Counted from the stretch's first letter, positions 52,974 to 62,270 are shown. The stretch: 64,000 bases of DNA from a virus (IMGVR_UViG_3300036801_000212:1-64000); one strand, 5' to 3'. Numbers and translations are program-made. The notes: generated from the letters alone by a model not told the origin.

Positions 52974-53255
52974 ATGCAGGAACCGGTAGCGATCAAGCCT
53001 AAGTTCGTATACACACCTCCGACTCATGCATGGCTTGTCACCGAGGACAACATGCAGCAGGTAGCGGACTGGTGTGGTGGGACGATACGTAGCGGCGGTG
53101 ACATGATCGTGTTCCCGATCCGTGATCCGTGGGCAGATGCAGACCCGTGTTGCAGCAGCGACGGTGCCGGACCTGGCGACTACATCGTCAAGTACCCCGA
53201 CGGTTTCGCGTCGTACGGCGCGTCCATCTTCGTCGATAGCTACGTGGCCACGTGA
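52974..53255 (+). CDS. hypothetical protein
   Basis: ORF. Confidence 0.4.
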   Translation: MQEPVAIKPKFVYTPPTHAWLVTEDNMQQVADWCGGTIRSGGDMIVFPIRDPWADADPCCSSDGAGPGDYIVKYPDGFASYGASIFVDSYVAT

Positions 53256-53364
53256 GCTGGATCGAAGTCCTATCGTCCCACGTTGAACTTCCCTGAAGTT
53301 AGCATGCGAAATCGGATTCCCGGTAAGGTTCATGGTCCGCACGAACTACGAGGGAAGAATCACT

Positions 53365-53577
53365 ATGGCCAAGAACCACAGACAGAGCATCTCGTTCTCT
53401 GACGAAGCGTTCGGATTTCTCAGCAAGCTAGCCGAGAAGCGCGGTGTTACGGTCTCCGAGGTAGTGCGAACGGCGATCAACCGCGAAGCGTGGTTTGACA
53501 ATGTCACCGAGAAAGGCCAGATCTACTACAAGCCAGATGACGCCGCGGCCCCGCATCCGGTGGAGTTCGTCGATTAG
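53365..53577 (+). CDS. ribbon-helix-helix (CopG/Arc-like) DNA-binding protein
   Basis: MAKNHRQSISFSDEAFGFLSKLAEKRGVTVSEVVRTAINRE fits RHH beta-strand + two helices. Confidence 0.5.
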   Translation: MAKNHRQSISFSDEAFGFLSKLAEKRGVTVSEVVRTAINREAWFDNVTEKGQIYYKPDDAAAPHPVEFVD

Positions 53578-53680
53578 CGTGCCTGAGCACTCCAGTTCTC
53601 AACCACCACAACATCTAAACAGGTTGCAGCGTTGGGTCAATCATCTAGCCGAACTGGAAGAGTTGCGGAAGAGGGAGTAA

Positions 53681-54055
53681 ATGCATCTCCACCCCGCGAT
53701 ACATAAAGTCCATCTTCGTCGCACCGCTAGTATCCAGCTTCGTGTAGCAGATTTGATCACCCGCTTTGCCGGGTCGATGAATTTCGTTTACCTTCACCTC
53801 GTTGCCTTCACTCTGTGGATGCTGTTCGCAGAGACAACCCCGTGGCCAACCTTAACTTTGGTCGTCTCCCTCGAGGCTATCTTTCTGTCAACGTTCGTGA
53901 TGGTGGGACAGAATAGAGCTCAGGAGCTGCAGCAGGCGAAAGCGAACCACGATTTCGTCGAGCAAGAGGCTGAGTTGAAAACCAACACCCAGTTGACGAG
54001 GGAAATTCACGCGTTGACTACGGAACTGCATAGAAGGACGGCGAGCAGCAAATGA
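53681..54055 (+). CDS. DUF1003-like membrane protein
   Basis: MNFVYLHLVAFTLWM...PWP.LTLVVSLEAIFLSTFVMVGQNRAQ pattern. Confidence 0.5.
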   Translation: MHLHPAIHKVHLRRTASIQLRVADLITRFAGSMNFVYLHLVAFTLWMLFAETTPWPTLTLVVSLEAIFLSTFVMVGQNRAQELQQAKANHDFVEQEAELKTNTQLTREIHALTTELHRRTASSK

Positions 54056-54062
54056 ACAAGCA

Positions 54063-54275
54063 TTGGTGACGAAGATTTCTGTCACGATTTCAGATGAAGC
54101 TCTCGAGGACCTCCGAACTTTAGCCGCAGAGCAGAATTTAACTTTCCGCGCGGCGGTGGAGCAATCTATTCAAACGATGAAGTTCCTTCACGACGATATG
54201 AAGAATGGCAGCAATCTGGTGCTGGAGAAACCTAACGGTAAGTTAGCGCGGATCATTTGGTCGGTACCGTGCTAG
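54063..54275 (+). CDS. possible RHH-type small DNA-binding protein
   Basis: KISVTISDEALEDLRTLAAEQN resembles RHH N-terminus. Confidence 0.4.
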   Translation: MVTKISVTISDEALEDLRTLAAEQNLTFRAAVEQSIQTMKFLHDDMKNGSNLVLEKPNGKLARIIWSVPC

Positions 54276-54508
54276 AACTTTCTTCTCTAGACCGTTTTTC
54301 CATCTCCGGTAGAGGTGACGCTGTCGTTGTCGAACTTGACTCCGAGTGGGTCGATCATAACGACCCCAAGTTCCTCCGCGGAATGTCAGTGATGGTCGAC
54401 GGGGTGATTCACATCGTGGCCGGGGTTGAGACTTCGCTCCATCCGTGGCGTCCGGACGAAGGTCATATTCTCTCCCGCCGGCGAGTTTCGTTGCTTCTTA
54501 GCGATTAG
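54257..54508 (+). CDS. hypothetical protein
   Basis: ORF. Confidence 0.35.
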   Translation: MVGTVLELSSLDRFSISGRGDAVVVELDSEWVDHNDPKFLRGMSVMVDGVIHIVAGVETSLHPWRPDEGHILSRRRVSLLLSD

Positions 54509-54567
54509 GTCTTACCCACGGAGTCTACGCCGATTTTAGGGAAAATCATGAATGGTGGGCCAGTCTT

Positions 54568-54852
54568 GTGACCGACGAAGAGGGTATGGCTCCCGTCTAT
54601 TCAGTAGACAGACTATCTTCGACGAATGCCGTGGTTCCCCCGGAGAAGCTCGACCCGTCGGAGAGGGTGCGTATTGACGCTGCTGCATCCCGTGCGAGAA
54701 AAGTTTTCGGAGGTCCGGTGGGGGAATTTCTCGAAACCGAGTTGAGGTCGTGGGTCGTGCTATCCCTTCGTCTGGATCAACGAGGTCTCGTCTCCCGTAT
54801 GGTCAACGCCATCCTTGACATGCCAATTCCCGAAACGCCGAAAGTGGTTTGA
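54568..54852 (+). CDS. hypothetical protein
   Basis: ORF. Confidence 0.4.
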   Translation: MTDEEGMAPVYSVDRLSSTNAVVPPEKLDPSERVRIDAAASRARKVFGGPVGEFLETELRSWVVLSLRLDQRGLVSRMVNAILDMPIPETPKVV

Positions 54853-55289
54853 ATGCCGTTCTTCCGCAAAGAGACCTACGAGCAGGCATGACCGTGGACT
54901 GGTTGGATTACGAAGTTGTCCCGCTGACTCCCCACATCCGCTATGTCGCGAGAAAAATCGTATGTCTGTATTACGACCATTTCGCCGGAGGGAAACTTTA
55001 CCCGCAAACGGAAAGATTCTGGCTGCGCGACCGTGACTTAGATGAATGCGAGTTGGATACTTTCGACGACGAGGAACTTTCTTGCTTCGAAGCTATCCGA
55101 GACTTGTCTTTAAATGAGCGTGCCACTTCGATGGCTTTGGGTCACGGTTTTTGGCGGGGCGTGGCTCACGTTAATGACGTCCGTGTGGAACACATGCTCC
55201 ACTGGCGGGAAGAGTCGAAGAATCTCGGTGGTGCGTATCCGAGGTTCACTATCTGCCAGTTCGGGACTTTTGCTAGTGGGTCGTCATAG
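54849..55289 (+). CDS. hypothetical protein
   Basis: ATGA overlap. Confidence 0.45.
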   Translation: MNAVLPQRDLRAGMTVDWLDYEVVPLTPHIRYVARKIVCLYYDHFAGGKLYPQTERFWLRDRDLDECELDTFDDEELSCFEAIRDLSLNERATSMALGHGFWRGVAHVNDVRVEHMLHWREESKNLGGAYPRFTICQFGTFASGSS

Positions 55290-55390
55290 GCTGCAAATGT
55301 GAACATTGCCTGCTGCGTAAAGAAGTGTTGCGTCGGTTGAGGCGTGAACAGTCTTTGTTTCGTAAGTTGTGGAAGAAACGAAAGTGAGCT

Positions 55391-55909
55391 ATGGATTCCA
55401 GGCTTAAGATTGTCAACACTGAAGGTGTTGGCTTCAAAACCAAGATTTTCATCGACGGCGAAGATGTTTCTTCTTGTTTCAAAGAAGCCAAGATCGGTAT
55501 CGCCTACGATGGAGCGGTTGAGGTTGAGCTCTCCCCCGTCCTGGCTGAGATCGAGATTGACAACGTGATGCAGTTGAAGATGCCAGTGGACGGCACTCGT
55601 GAACTGTTGGTGAAGCACGGTTGGACTCCCCCGGTGGAACCTAAGGTGGTGAAGGCGGTCAGGACCACGTTCCCGTACGAGCCATTGGATTTCGGCTTGG
55701 TGGAGGATGGGGAGTCTGTCGGCGGCGTTGAGCTCCTGAGTAGGTTCTTCTCCCGCGTCCAGGAAGAGTGGGAACCGAACGATGCCGACACTCTGACCAT
55801 GAGTCGAGTTTACGACGATCTTGGCCGTTCGATCCCGGGGAAGCGTAAATACCTTCTCGAGGTCACGATGGATTCGGCGGAAGAGTTCGCTCGGTCGGAT
55901 TGTGAATGA
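55391..55909 (+). CDS. hypothetical protein
   Basis: ORF. Confidence 0.45.
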   Translation: MDSRLKIVNTEGVGFKTKIFIDGEDVSSCFKEAKIGIAYDGAVEVELSPVLAEIEIDNVMQLKMPVDGTRELLVKHGWTPPVEPKVVKAVRTTFPYEPLDFGLVEDGESVGGVELLSRFFSRVQEEWEPNDADTLTMSRVYDDLGRSIPGKRKYLLEVTMDSAEEFARSDCE

Positions 55910-56226
55910 AAACTTCCCTCACCGCAGAATACGATACGGAACTTTCTCGTATGGTTTTGTCGTTGATGGCGGATGACGCAATCGGTTTTAGAGTTTTCCT
56001 CGTCAAAGACGGTGGTCGTGAACTTGTCCGTGGATGTCCCGGATATTGGCCGGCGGAAAAGAATTCCGCCACCGTGGTTTACGACTATGAGGTTCACGGG
56101 AAAGTTACGTATTCCGCGTTTGGTTATTTCGGGGAGTCTCTGTCTCCCGGGCCGTGGTCACGGAATGTCACGGTGAACACTTCTTGGCCTGCGCATTGGC
56201 TGTTGAGGGACGAAGAGTTTGAATAG
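55906..56226 (+). CDS. hypothetical protein
   Basis: ATGA overlap. Confidence 0.45.
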   Translation: MKTSLTAEYDTELSRMVLSLMADDAIGFRVFLVKDGGRELVRGCPGYWPAEKNSATVVYDYEVHGKVTYSAFGYFGESLSPGPWSRNVTVNTSWPAHWLLRDEEFE

Positions 56227-56231
56227 TGCTT

Positions 56232-56283
56232 TGGTCGCCAGGCTCGGACTTGAACCGAGCATTACCAGACCCAACGTCTGGCG
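56232..56283 (-). ncRNA. tRNA 3-prime-half-like element (acceptor-like stem + T-arm + discriminator A + CCA); possible att-core remnant or minihelix RNA
   Basis: Minus strand reads CGCCAGA-n17-CTCGG TTCAAGT CCGAG-CCTGGCG-A-CCA; T-loop and 6/7-bp acceptor pairing but no anticodon or D arm. Confidence 0.45.
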
Positions 56284-56420
56284 GGCTTGAAGCCTCACAG
56301 AACTTGACGCTGCCCGGTGCACTCGGGTCTGCCGTTGCTGTCACGCTGGTCACCGTTTCCGGTGCCGCCTTTACCCCACTGGCGATGACTCCACCCTACC
56401 AGCAAAGTCAGGATGTTGGC

Positions 56421-56705
56421 ATGACTTTCGAGCGAGCGCAGTGGCAGTACGACAACATGCTCCCGCCGGAAATCTGGTACTGCGATTGTGGGATTCGTAT
56501 CGACGAGGATGAAACGATGTGCGCGGATTGTGCCCAGCTTCAGGCGCTCCTTGCGGACGCTCAAGAGCTCGCAGACCACGGAGACTGGTACGACGACACC
56601 GCTGACGAGATCGAGGAACGGACCTCGATCACACAGGCGCTGATGCCAGCACAGCTCGCCACCGAGCTCTGGCAAGATCATTATTCGCTCGGGCGCCCCA
56701 TGTAG
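56421..56705 (+). CDS. hypothetical acidic protein with Zn-ribbon (CDCG...CADC)
   Basis: Internal ATG of track ORF 56226..56705; upstream part of that ORF overlaps the tRNA-like element. Confidence 0.4.
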   Translation: MTFERAQWQYDNMLPPEIWYCDCGIRIDEDETMCADCAQLQALLADAQELADHGDWYDDTADEIEERTSITQALMPAQLATELWQDHYSLGRPM

Positions 56706-57330
56706 CCACTGCGTGGGCGCCCAAGACTCGAACCTGGGTGTATGCCATTCGCCCATCTAACTTCCCTCGCCTCGCCTAGCCACGCCTCGCACTGCCGCGC
56801 CATGCCTGGCCTAGCCTTGCTTATGCCGTGCGTGGGTGCCGCAGACTCGAACCGCGGTGTATGCCGTTCACCCGCCAAACTCCCTCGCCTTGCCGTGCCC
56901 AGCCATGCCCAGCCCAGCCTCGCCATGCCAAGCCGCGCCTGGCCTCGCCAAGCGTTGCCGTGCGTGAGCGTCGAGGACCCGAACCTCGATGTATGCCGTC
57001 CGCTCTCCATCTATCCCTAGCCCTGCCACGCCGTGCCGTGCCCAGCCCAGCCACGCCGTGCGTGGGCGTTCGGGACTCGAACCCGAATGTGTGCCACTCG
57101 CCCTCCAACTATCCCTAGCCTCGCCTTGCCACGCCCGGCCCCGCCATGCCGCGCCCAGCCGTGCCTCGCCTTGCGTGAGTGCCGACGGCTCGCACGTCGG
57201 TGCCTGCTGGCCACTCAGTACTCCCCCTGCCTCGCCTAGCCGTGCCCAGCCATGCCCGGCCTCGCCGTGCCGCGCCACGCCGTGCCTTGCATTGCCGAGC
57301 CTAGCACTGCCAATGCCGTGCCACGCCCAG
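56706..57330 (-). repeat. array of five degenerate ~100-130-bp tandem repeats, each containing a tRNA top-half-like minihelix (minus strand; cores at 56711-56756, 56828-56875, 56960-57008, 57058-57105, 57175-57218) separated by GC-rich pentamer-like spacers
   Basis: Each core: 7-nt acceptor-like strand, conserved 11-nt linker (RAYGGCAYACA), 6-bp stem with loop TTCGAGT (TTCGGGT/TGCGAGC variants), complementary 7-nt strand, tail GCAC; compensatory substitutions between copies; all six reading frames open only because of repeats. Confidence 0.7.
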
Positions 57331-57390
57331 TCCCACGGGTTCGGCGCCCATCGGGTGCGTCAGCGGCGGGACTGGGTAGGCTGACGGATG

Positions 57391-57417
57391 CCGGAGCCAG
57401 TCACGAGCTGGCTCCGG
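57391..57417 (-). terminator. perfect 10-bp stem-loop CCGGAGCCAG-tcacga-GCTGGCTCCGG directly downstream of minus-strand gene 57420..57620
   Basis: Seen directly; no U-tract (common for actinobacterial terminators). Confidence 0.35.
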
Positions 57418-57419
57418 CC

Positions 57420-57620
57420 CTACAGCCCGAAGTAGTGCTTGCCTTGGTGACTGTGCGCCCGGAGGCAGAACAAGTTCCCCGAGCTGCTCTCGGCCATGCA
57501 CAGTCTAACCATCTTGTTGTTGATCACTCCATAGGCCCGCTCTCCGTCCTCGAAGTGATCCACACCGATCGCGTGGAACTTCATACCTAACCGCTGGTTG
57601 TAGTCGGACGATTTACTCAT
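57420..57620 (-). CDS. hypothetical protein
   Basis: Minus-strand ATG preceded by AAGGAGAGAAA Shine-Dalgarno-like sequence. Confidence 0.5.
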   Translation of the reverse strand: MSKSSDYNQRLGMKFHAIGVDHFEDGERAYGVINNKMVRLCMAESSSGNLFCLRAHSHQGKHYFGL

Positions 57621-57652
57621 TTTCTCTCCTTGTTTTTTCTTGCGAGGTTGTC

Positions 57653-58171
57653 ATGGAATTTCAAGACCTGAACTCTCTCCCTCCTCTCCCGCCGAAACGT
57701 CGTAGACGAAGCAACAATCAACGAACCGGCATGAACGCGCTCGAAACGTGGCAACGAGACTACAAATGTGTCCAGATGCGTAAAGCCGGCCACGATTGGG
57801 AATCCATTTGTGCCACTTTGGGATACTACGATCATTCCCACGCTTCTCGTAGGCTGATGGGTTTCCTTAAAGAAACCGTCCGCGAAGATGTCGACGAGTT
57901 GCGTGAGTTGGAAATGCAACGCCTTGACGAGAAGATTCTCCAGCTGGAAGACATCATTCTCCAAGGTGGTAACGGCGCCGCGAGAGCGATTGAGATTTGG
58001 AACAAACTTTCCGAGCGGCGGTCTAAGCTGATGGGTCTGGATCGCCCGGAGAAGAAAGAAGTCACCGTTCTCACCGCGGACACGATGGATGCGGCTATCG
58101 CGAAACTCAACACTGAGATGGAAATGAAGGCCCGGGAGGCCGGAGTTAATCTGGCGGAGTTGACAGAGTAA
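57653..58171 (+). CDS. putative DNA-binding protein (N-terminal HTH then coiled coil); terminase small-subunit-like architecture
   Basis: WESICATLGYYDHSHASRRLMGFL HTH-like, basic N-terminus KRRRRS; divergent from 57620 gene. Confidence 0.45.
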   Translation: MEFQDLNSLPPLPPKRRRRSNNQRTGMNALETWQRDYKCVQMRKAGHDWESICATLGYYDHSHASRRLMGFLKETVREDVDELRELEMQRLDEKILQLEDIILQGGNGAARAIEIWNKLSERRSKLMGLDRPEKKEVTVLTADTMDAAIAKLNTEMEMKAREAGVNLAELTE

Positions 58172-58228
58172 GACTCGCTACCGAAGGAATAGGCGTAGAT
58201 ACGAGTCACTCCGTGTCTACGCTTATTC

Positions 58229-58516
58229 CTACCTTTGCTCCTTCGTCAACTGCGCATCGATCGAGGCAAGCTGGTCGAGAAGTCGCTGACGTTCCGCCAT
58301 TAGCACGGTTTCTTCGTTGAGCATGTCGGCGAGCGACTTGCCAAGGACGTGCGAGATCGCTACGGCCAAGTTGAGTCGGATAGATCGGTTCCCCTTCTCG
58401 ATCTTCGTGATGGCGGTCGGGTCTAGCCCTACTTTCTCTGCCAGCGTGGACTGACTGAGTCCCTGCTGCTCACGGCTTGCGCGCAGCACGGCGGCGAACA
58501 CCTGCTCTGGCTCCAT
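58229..58516 (-). CDS. XRE-family HTH regulator (Cro/CI-like)
   Basis: LSQSTLAEKVGLDPTAITKIEKGNRSIRLNLAVAISHVL. Confidence 0.6.
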   Translation of the reverse strand: MEPEQVFAAVLRASREQQGLSQSTLAEKVGLDPTAITKIEKGNRSIRLNLAVAISHVLGKSLADMLNEETVLMAERQRLLDQLASIDAQLTKEQR

Positions 58517-58577
58517 CTACGCTCTCCAGGCTTGATAAATCGTGGCACGGTCCCTTCAGCGGCCGAGCATGGGCCGT

Positions 58578-58769
58578 TTAATCTTCGGGTCGATGGCTGC
58601 GCGGCATTCCATCCAATATATTCAGTATGGTGGTAATTGTCTCGCCTTGAGTGCGTTGGGTAGCTTCTAGGTGTTCGATCCGCTCCCGTAGTTCAGCGAC
58701 GATTGTGGCGTGGCGACCATCGCGAATTAATTTAACCGCTTTCCACGCGCTCATCAACGTTAGCTCCAA
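58578..58769 (-). CDS. small hypothetical protein
   Basis: Minus-strand ORF between regulator and recombinase. Confidence 0.4.
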   Translation of the reverse strand: MELTLMSAWKAVKLIRDGRHATIVAELRERIEHLEATQRTQGETITTILNILDGMPRSHRPED

Positions 58770-58797
58770 TATGTCGGGTCGGGTAGGGTGTGTCTGG

Positions 58798-59358
58798 TCA
58801 CTGCTGCTTCTGTAGCGCTCGGTAGATGGTAGCGCGGCTCACCTCCAAGGCTCCGGCGATCTCCTCGACCTGGTAGTCGTCACTGGCCATCATCGCACGT
58901 GCCAGCCTCACCTGATCTGGAGACAGCTTGGCCTTCCGACCGAGTTGCTTCCCGCTCCTCCTGGCCGTCCTTAAACCTTCATGGGTGCGCTCGACAATTA
59001 ACTCTCTCTCGAACTCCGCGAGAGCGCCTAGGATGGTGTAAAACATCCTCCCAATAGCAGTGTTGGTGTCAATCCCCTGATCCAAGATTCTTAAAGCTAT
59101 CCCACGCTCGGATAAATCCGCCGACAATTCCAGAAGATGCTTCACTGACCTCCCGGCTCTATCGAGTTTGGTCACAACCAAAGTGTCGCCTTGACGCAGA
59201 TATCCTAGACACGCGTCCCACTCTGGCCTTGACGCCAGCTTCCCCGATACTGCTTCGTCGGTGAAAACTTTTTCGCAGCCACACTCTTTCAAACGTGACA
59301 CCTGGTCTAGGACGTTCTGTTTGTCGGTTGAGCATCTTCCGTAGCCTATGAGTGCCAT
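58798..59358 (-). CDS. small serine recombinase (resolvase/invertase family)
   Basis: N-terminal MALIGYGRCSTDKQ (catalytic Ser), resolvase core, C-terminal HTH VEEIAGALEVSRATIYRAL. Confidence 0.8.
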   Translation of the reverse strand: MALIGYGRCSTDKQNVLDQVSRLKECGCEKVFTDEAVSGKLASRPEWDACLGYLRQGDTLVVTKLDRAGRSVKHLLELSADLSERGIALRILDQGIDTNTAIGRMFYTILGALAEFERELIVERTHEGLRTARRSGKQLGRKAKLSPDQVRLARAMMASDDYQVEEIAGALEVSRATIYRALQKQQ

Positions 59359-59361
59359 GGT

Positions 59362-59739
59362 TTACCCTCGATGATGTCGATGGTGATGTTTGTGGTGTTT
59401 GCGATGGTGATGTCTAACGTGGTGATGGTGCGTCTTATGTCCTTGAGCATGGCTGGTATGAGCAGAAACGTCGTGAAGTCGCCGCGAATGTAGAGAAACT
59501 CGAACGGCTCGCGCATGCCGCCGAATGCTGGTGTACACCGATCGCTTGCCTGACCGACGATGATCGAGCTTAGCTGGAATCCCATGGGCGGAGACCGGCA
59601 GCGTGTGAGCGGTTGGTGAATTTGTAGGTTGGATATCGTGTTGGGTAGTGGTTCCACTCGTTAAGAGGAGGAACACACCGACCAACATAGTTCCTACCGC
59701 TATAGCTAGTTTGTTTCTGGGTTGACTGTGCCGGCCCAT
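59362..59739 (-). CDS. secreted/membrane-anchored His-rich protein (third His-rich protein in window)
   Basis: N-terminal hydrophobic helix LAIAVGTMLVGVFLLLTSG; C-terminal HKTHHHHVRHHHRKHHKHHHRHH. Confidence 0.5.
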   Translation of the reverse strand: MGRHSQPRNKLAIAVGTMLVGVFLLLTSGTTTQHDIQPTNSPTAHTLPVSAHGIPAKLDHRRSGKRSVYTSIRRHARAVRVSLHSRRLHDVSAHTSHAQGHKTHHHHVRHHHRKHHKHHHRHHRG

Positions 59740-59820
59740 GGCTCCTCCTCTCTATGTAAAAGCGACACGCCGCATTTGAACTCACCAACTGCCCAGGTTC
59801 ACGAAGTAGCCTAAACCAGT

Positions 59821-60321
59821 GTGAGCGATCCACTACAGAAACTCCGTGAGTACCAAGACGGTAAGTGTGCCGTATGCGAGGAGCGAAAAGAACTCCTTGT
59901 CGATCATGACCACGACACAGGCTGGGTGCGTGGACTACTGTGCAACCGCTGCAACACAACCGAGGGGCAAAAGGACTGGCCCTGGCTTCGCGCGTATCGA
60001 GAGAATCCGCCAGCCAAGCGGATCGGACTTAAGGTTCGATACAGCGCCCACCAGGCACAAGGACTTCGGGAACACTTCCAACGCAAGCGCGAAGACCCCG
60101 CGACGCCGAAGACGCTCATCAAGCGCACGGCTGCCCGCGAGACACTCCGCTGTGAGGGTGGAGCGTGCGAGGTGTGGGGCTGCCGTTCCATTGCCTACCG
60201 TCTCGGATTGTGTACTTCTCATTACGAAGATGCTTGGCGTCATCCTCAGCACCCCGCCGCAAGTGTCGTAATGTGCGTCCAGAAGGCTAGCGGAGTTGTT
60301 CGGTCGGATGCGGCGGCCTAG
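59821..60321 (+). CDS. endonuclease VII-family (T4 gp49-like) recombination endonuclease with extra C-terminal Cys cluster
   Basis: GKCAVCEERKELLVDHDHDTGWVRGLLCNRCN matches Endonuclease_7 Zn-binding core. Confidence 0.7.
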   Translation: MSDPLQKLREYQDGKCAVCEERKELLVDHDHDTGWVRGLLCNRCNTTEGQKDWPWLRAYRENPPAKRIGLKVRYSAHQAQGLREHFQRKREDPATPKTLIKRTAARETLRCEGGACEVWGCRSIAYRLGLCTSHYEDAWRHPQHPAASVVMCVQKASGVVRSDAAA

Positions 60322-60422
60322 CGAAAACTCTCCATTTCGCAAACAAGCAAAGGCCCGCTCATCGATCGGCGACAGTGCAGCCGTCTACAGTTCTTGACTT
60401 CCGTAGGCGACCGTGCTGACCC

Positions 60423-61514
60423 TTATCGTCGTCCGTTGATCATCGCCGGCGAGTCACCGGTGATGACGATCCATGTTGCCTTCGTTGCTCCCCTACCGCC
60501 GGGCATGAGACTCCACAGGCCAGCCCGGACGAGATAAGGTTCCACATCCCGAGTCAGCTCGGTGATGTCCATACCCAAGGTTGAGGCCAACGGTGTTAAG
60601 CCTATGGGTCCACCATCGAAGTCTTGAAGCATGACAGTCATGACCCTTCTGTCCCTCTCTTCAAGGCCGTATGTATCCACACCGGCGAACTCTAAACCCT
60701 GCTTAGCGGTCTCGACATCAATCGGAGCATCAATATCTTTTGTGACGGTGAAGGCGTAATCTCTCACGCCACCCAACAGTTTGATGGCGATTCTCGGTGT
60801 GTATCTTGATGCGCCAGCGATGATTTCCGCCGCGTCGTCGTCTAGTTTCATTCCCGAACGCTCAGCGTAGGTTAACAAAACTAATTGAAGGTCGTCAAAG
60901 TCGTAGGGTTCCAAATGTCCCACGAACTTGAACCTGTCCCTCAAAGGTTGGCTTAACTTCCCGGGATGGGTTGTTGCAGCTATCAACGTGAAGGCCGGAA
61001 CCTCAAATCTAATCGCCGGGGATTTATTGTTTCCTTCGACGAACATGATTCCGTCTTCCATCACCCTCAAAAGGGCACACTGGACTGACGTTTTCATGGC
61101 CTGGATTTCGTCCACGAACAGAACATCACCGGTGGAGAGTTTCGAGAGCTCGACAGCCAACTTTCTCGGGTTCGAGATTGCATCGGCTGTTATTTCGTGA
61201 AAGCGGGATTCCACTCCCGCGGCGCAGAGTTCTCCCGCTACACCTTTGGCGATTGTCGTTTTACCCAATCCCGGACCCCCATCGAGCATGATGTGTCCGG
61301 GCTGTGACCCCCGGGCGATGGCGGCCTCTAGGTGGGTCTGCAATCTCCACAGAAGGCGGGTCTGTCCCACCATTGCGGAAAAGCGTACGGGTCGCTCTAC
61401 GTGGCTCTCAGACGCCTTTACAGGGGTGTCCGGGACGACATGTAGGTTAACTCGCCGCGTCGGCGGAGAAATAACCCCTCTCACCATTGCAACTCGTTCA
61501 AATGCGGACGACAT
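60423..61514 (-). CDS. RuvB-like AAA+ ATPase (Holliday-junction branch-migration helicase homolog)
   Basis: Walker A GGPGLGKTT, Walker B LFVDEIQA, sensor/arginine motifs LIAATTHPGKLSQPLRDRF in RuvB order. Confidence 0.7.
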   Translation of the reverse strand: MSSAFERVAMVRGVISPPTRRVNLHVVPDTPVKASESHVERPVRFSAMVGQTRLLWRLQTHLEAAIARGSQPGHIMLDGGPGLGKTTIAKGVAGELCAAGVESRFHEITADAISNPRKLAVELSKLSTGDVLFVDEIQAMKTSVQCALLRVMEDGIMFVEGNNKSPAIRFEVPAFTLIAATTHPGKLSQPLRDRFKFVGHLEPYDFDDLQLVLLTYAERSGMKLDDDAAEIIAGASRYTPRIAIKLLGGVRDYAFTVTKDIDAPIDVETAKQGLEFAGVDTYGLEERDRRVMTVMLQDFDGGPIGLTPLASTLGMDITELTRDVEPYLVRAGLWSLMPGGRGATKATWIVITGDSPAMINGRR

Positions 61515-61579
61515 GACACCTCCTATTTGTTGATCACTCAGGCTGCATCACCGACAGTCGATGACACAGACTCAAACGA

Positions 61580-61747
61580 TCAATCCGTGTGTTCGGCGAG
61601 GTAGTTTAATTCCTCCGCCGTGAGGTACAGCCGCACGTCAACCCGAAACGTGCCAGCGTAATGACCTTTGTCGCAGTAGTGATTCTGCGGTGCGAGGTTC
61701 ACTGCCTCGGCCAGCTTGCGGTAGATACCGCGCTCTGTGGTTTCCAT
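61580..61747 (-). CDS. small hypothetical protein (55 aa)
   Basis: Minus-strand ATG after GGGAGAGGAAAGAG; not in 60-aa track. Confidence 0.35.
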   Translation of the reverse strand: METTERGIYRKLAEAVNLAPQNHYCDKGHYAGTFRVDVRLYLTAEELNYLAEHTD

Positions 61748-62027
61748 GACTCTTTCCTCTCCCTTGACAAGCTCTCAGATCGTCTGTGCGGGATTCAGAT
61801 AGGGTGCATTCCCTACGATTGCGGAGAAACCCCGTAAGTCGCTCTAGCGGGCTCTCAGCCGTGTCTACGGCGGTCTGTGAGATGAGTTGTGCACCAAACA
61901 TTCCCGCCGGCGGAGAAAAAGCTCTTTCCCTCAAAGCAAAAACACTCTTAGACGACATAAAAGTCCTCCTGATCACTCAGTGAGCGCTACCTCTACAAGA
62001 GATAGCGCAAGACTCAATGATCAGTGA

Positions 62028-62270
62028 CTAAGACTTGCTTGCTTGATCCCGTTGGTACTGTCGTTCCGAGGCTTGACGTGTGATTGACTCGACCCTTTCC
62101 CCGTAGCGTCGGACGAGTTCGTCCTCTTCGGTAGTGATTTTCTCTGAAGGACGTTTGCTGGCCAACTCTTTGAGCTCTTCCATGATCAGTTGAACGTCAT
62201 CAAGTGGCAGACGTCGGGTTAGTACCTCGAGTATCTCAATTTCGCTGTAGAACATTTCTCTCCATTCCAA
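62028..62270 (-). CDS. hypothetical acidic helical protein
   Basis: Minus-strand ORF. Confidence 0.4.
   Translation of the reverse strand: MEWREMFYSEIEILEVLTRRLPLDDVQLIMEELKELASKRPSEKITTEEDELVRRYGERVESITRQASERQYQRDQASKS

Noticed and set aside
56706-57330. CRISPR array
   Set aside because: Units are ~100-130 bp with ~48-nt conserved cores that are degenerate (about 70% identity). There are no short exact repeats with unique spacers and no cas genes.
56681-57384. Many overlapping ORFs on both strands (e.g. 56742..57020, 56828..57118, 56989..57384, 56868..57278-) across the GC-rich repeat array
   Set aside because: All six frames are open only because of the stop-poor repeat units. The translations are low-complexity (PRHAVP..., ARLG...). 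The minus-strand RNA minihelix interpretation explains the conservation pattern better.
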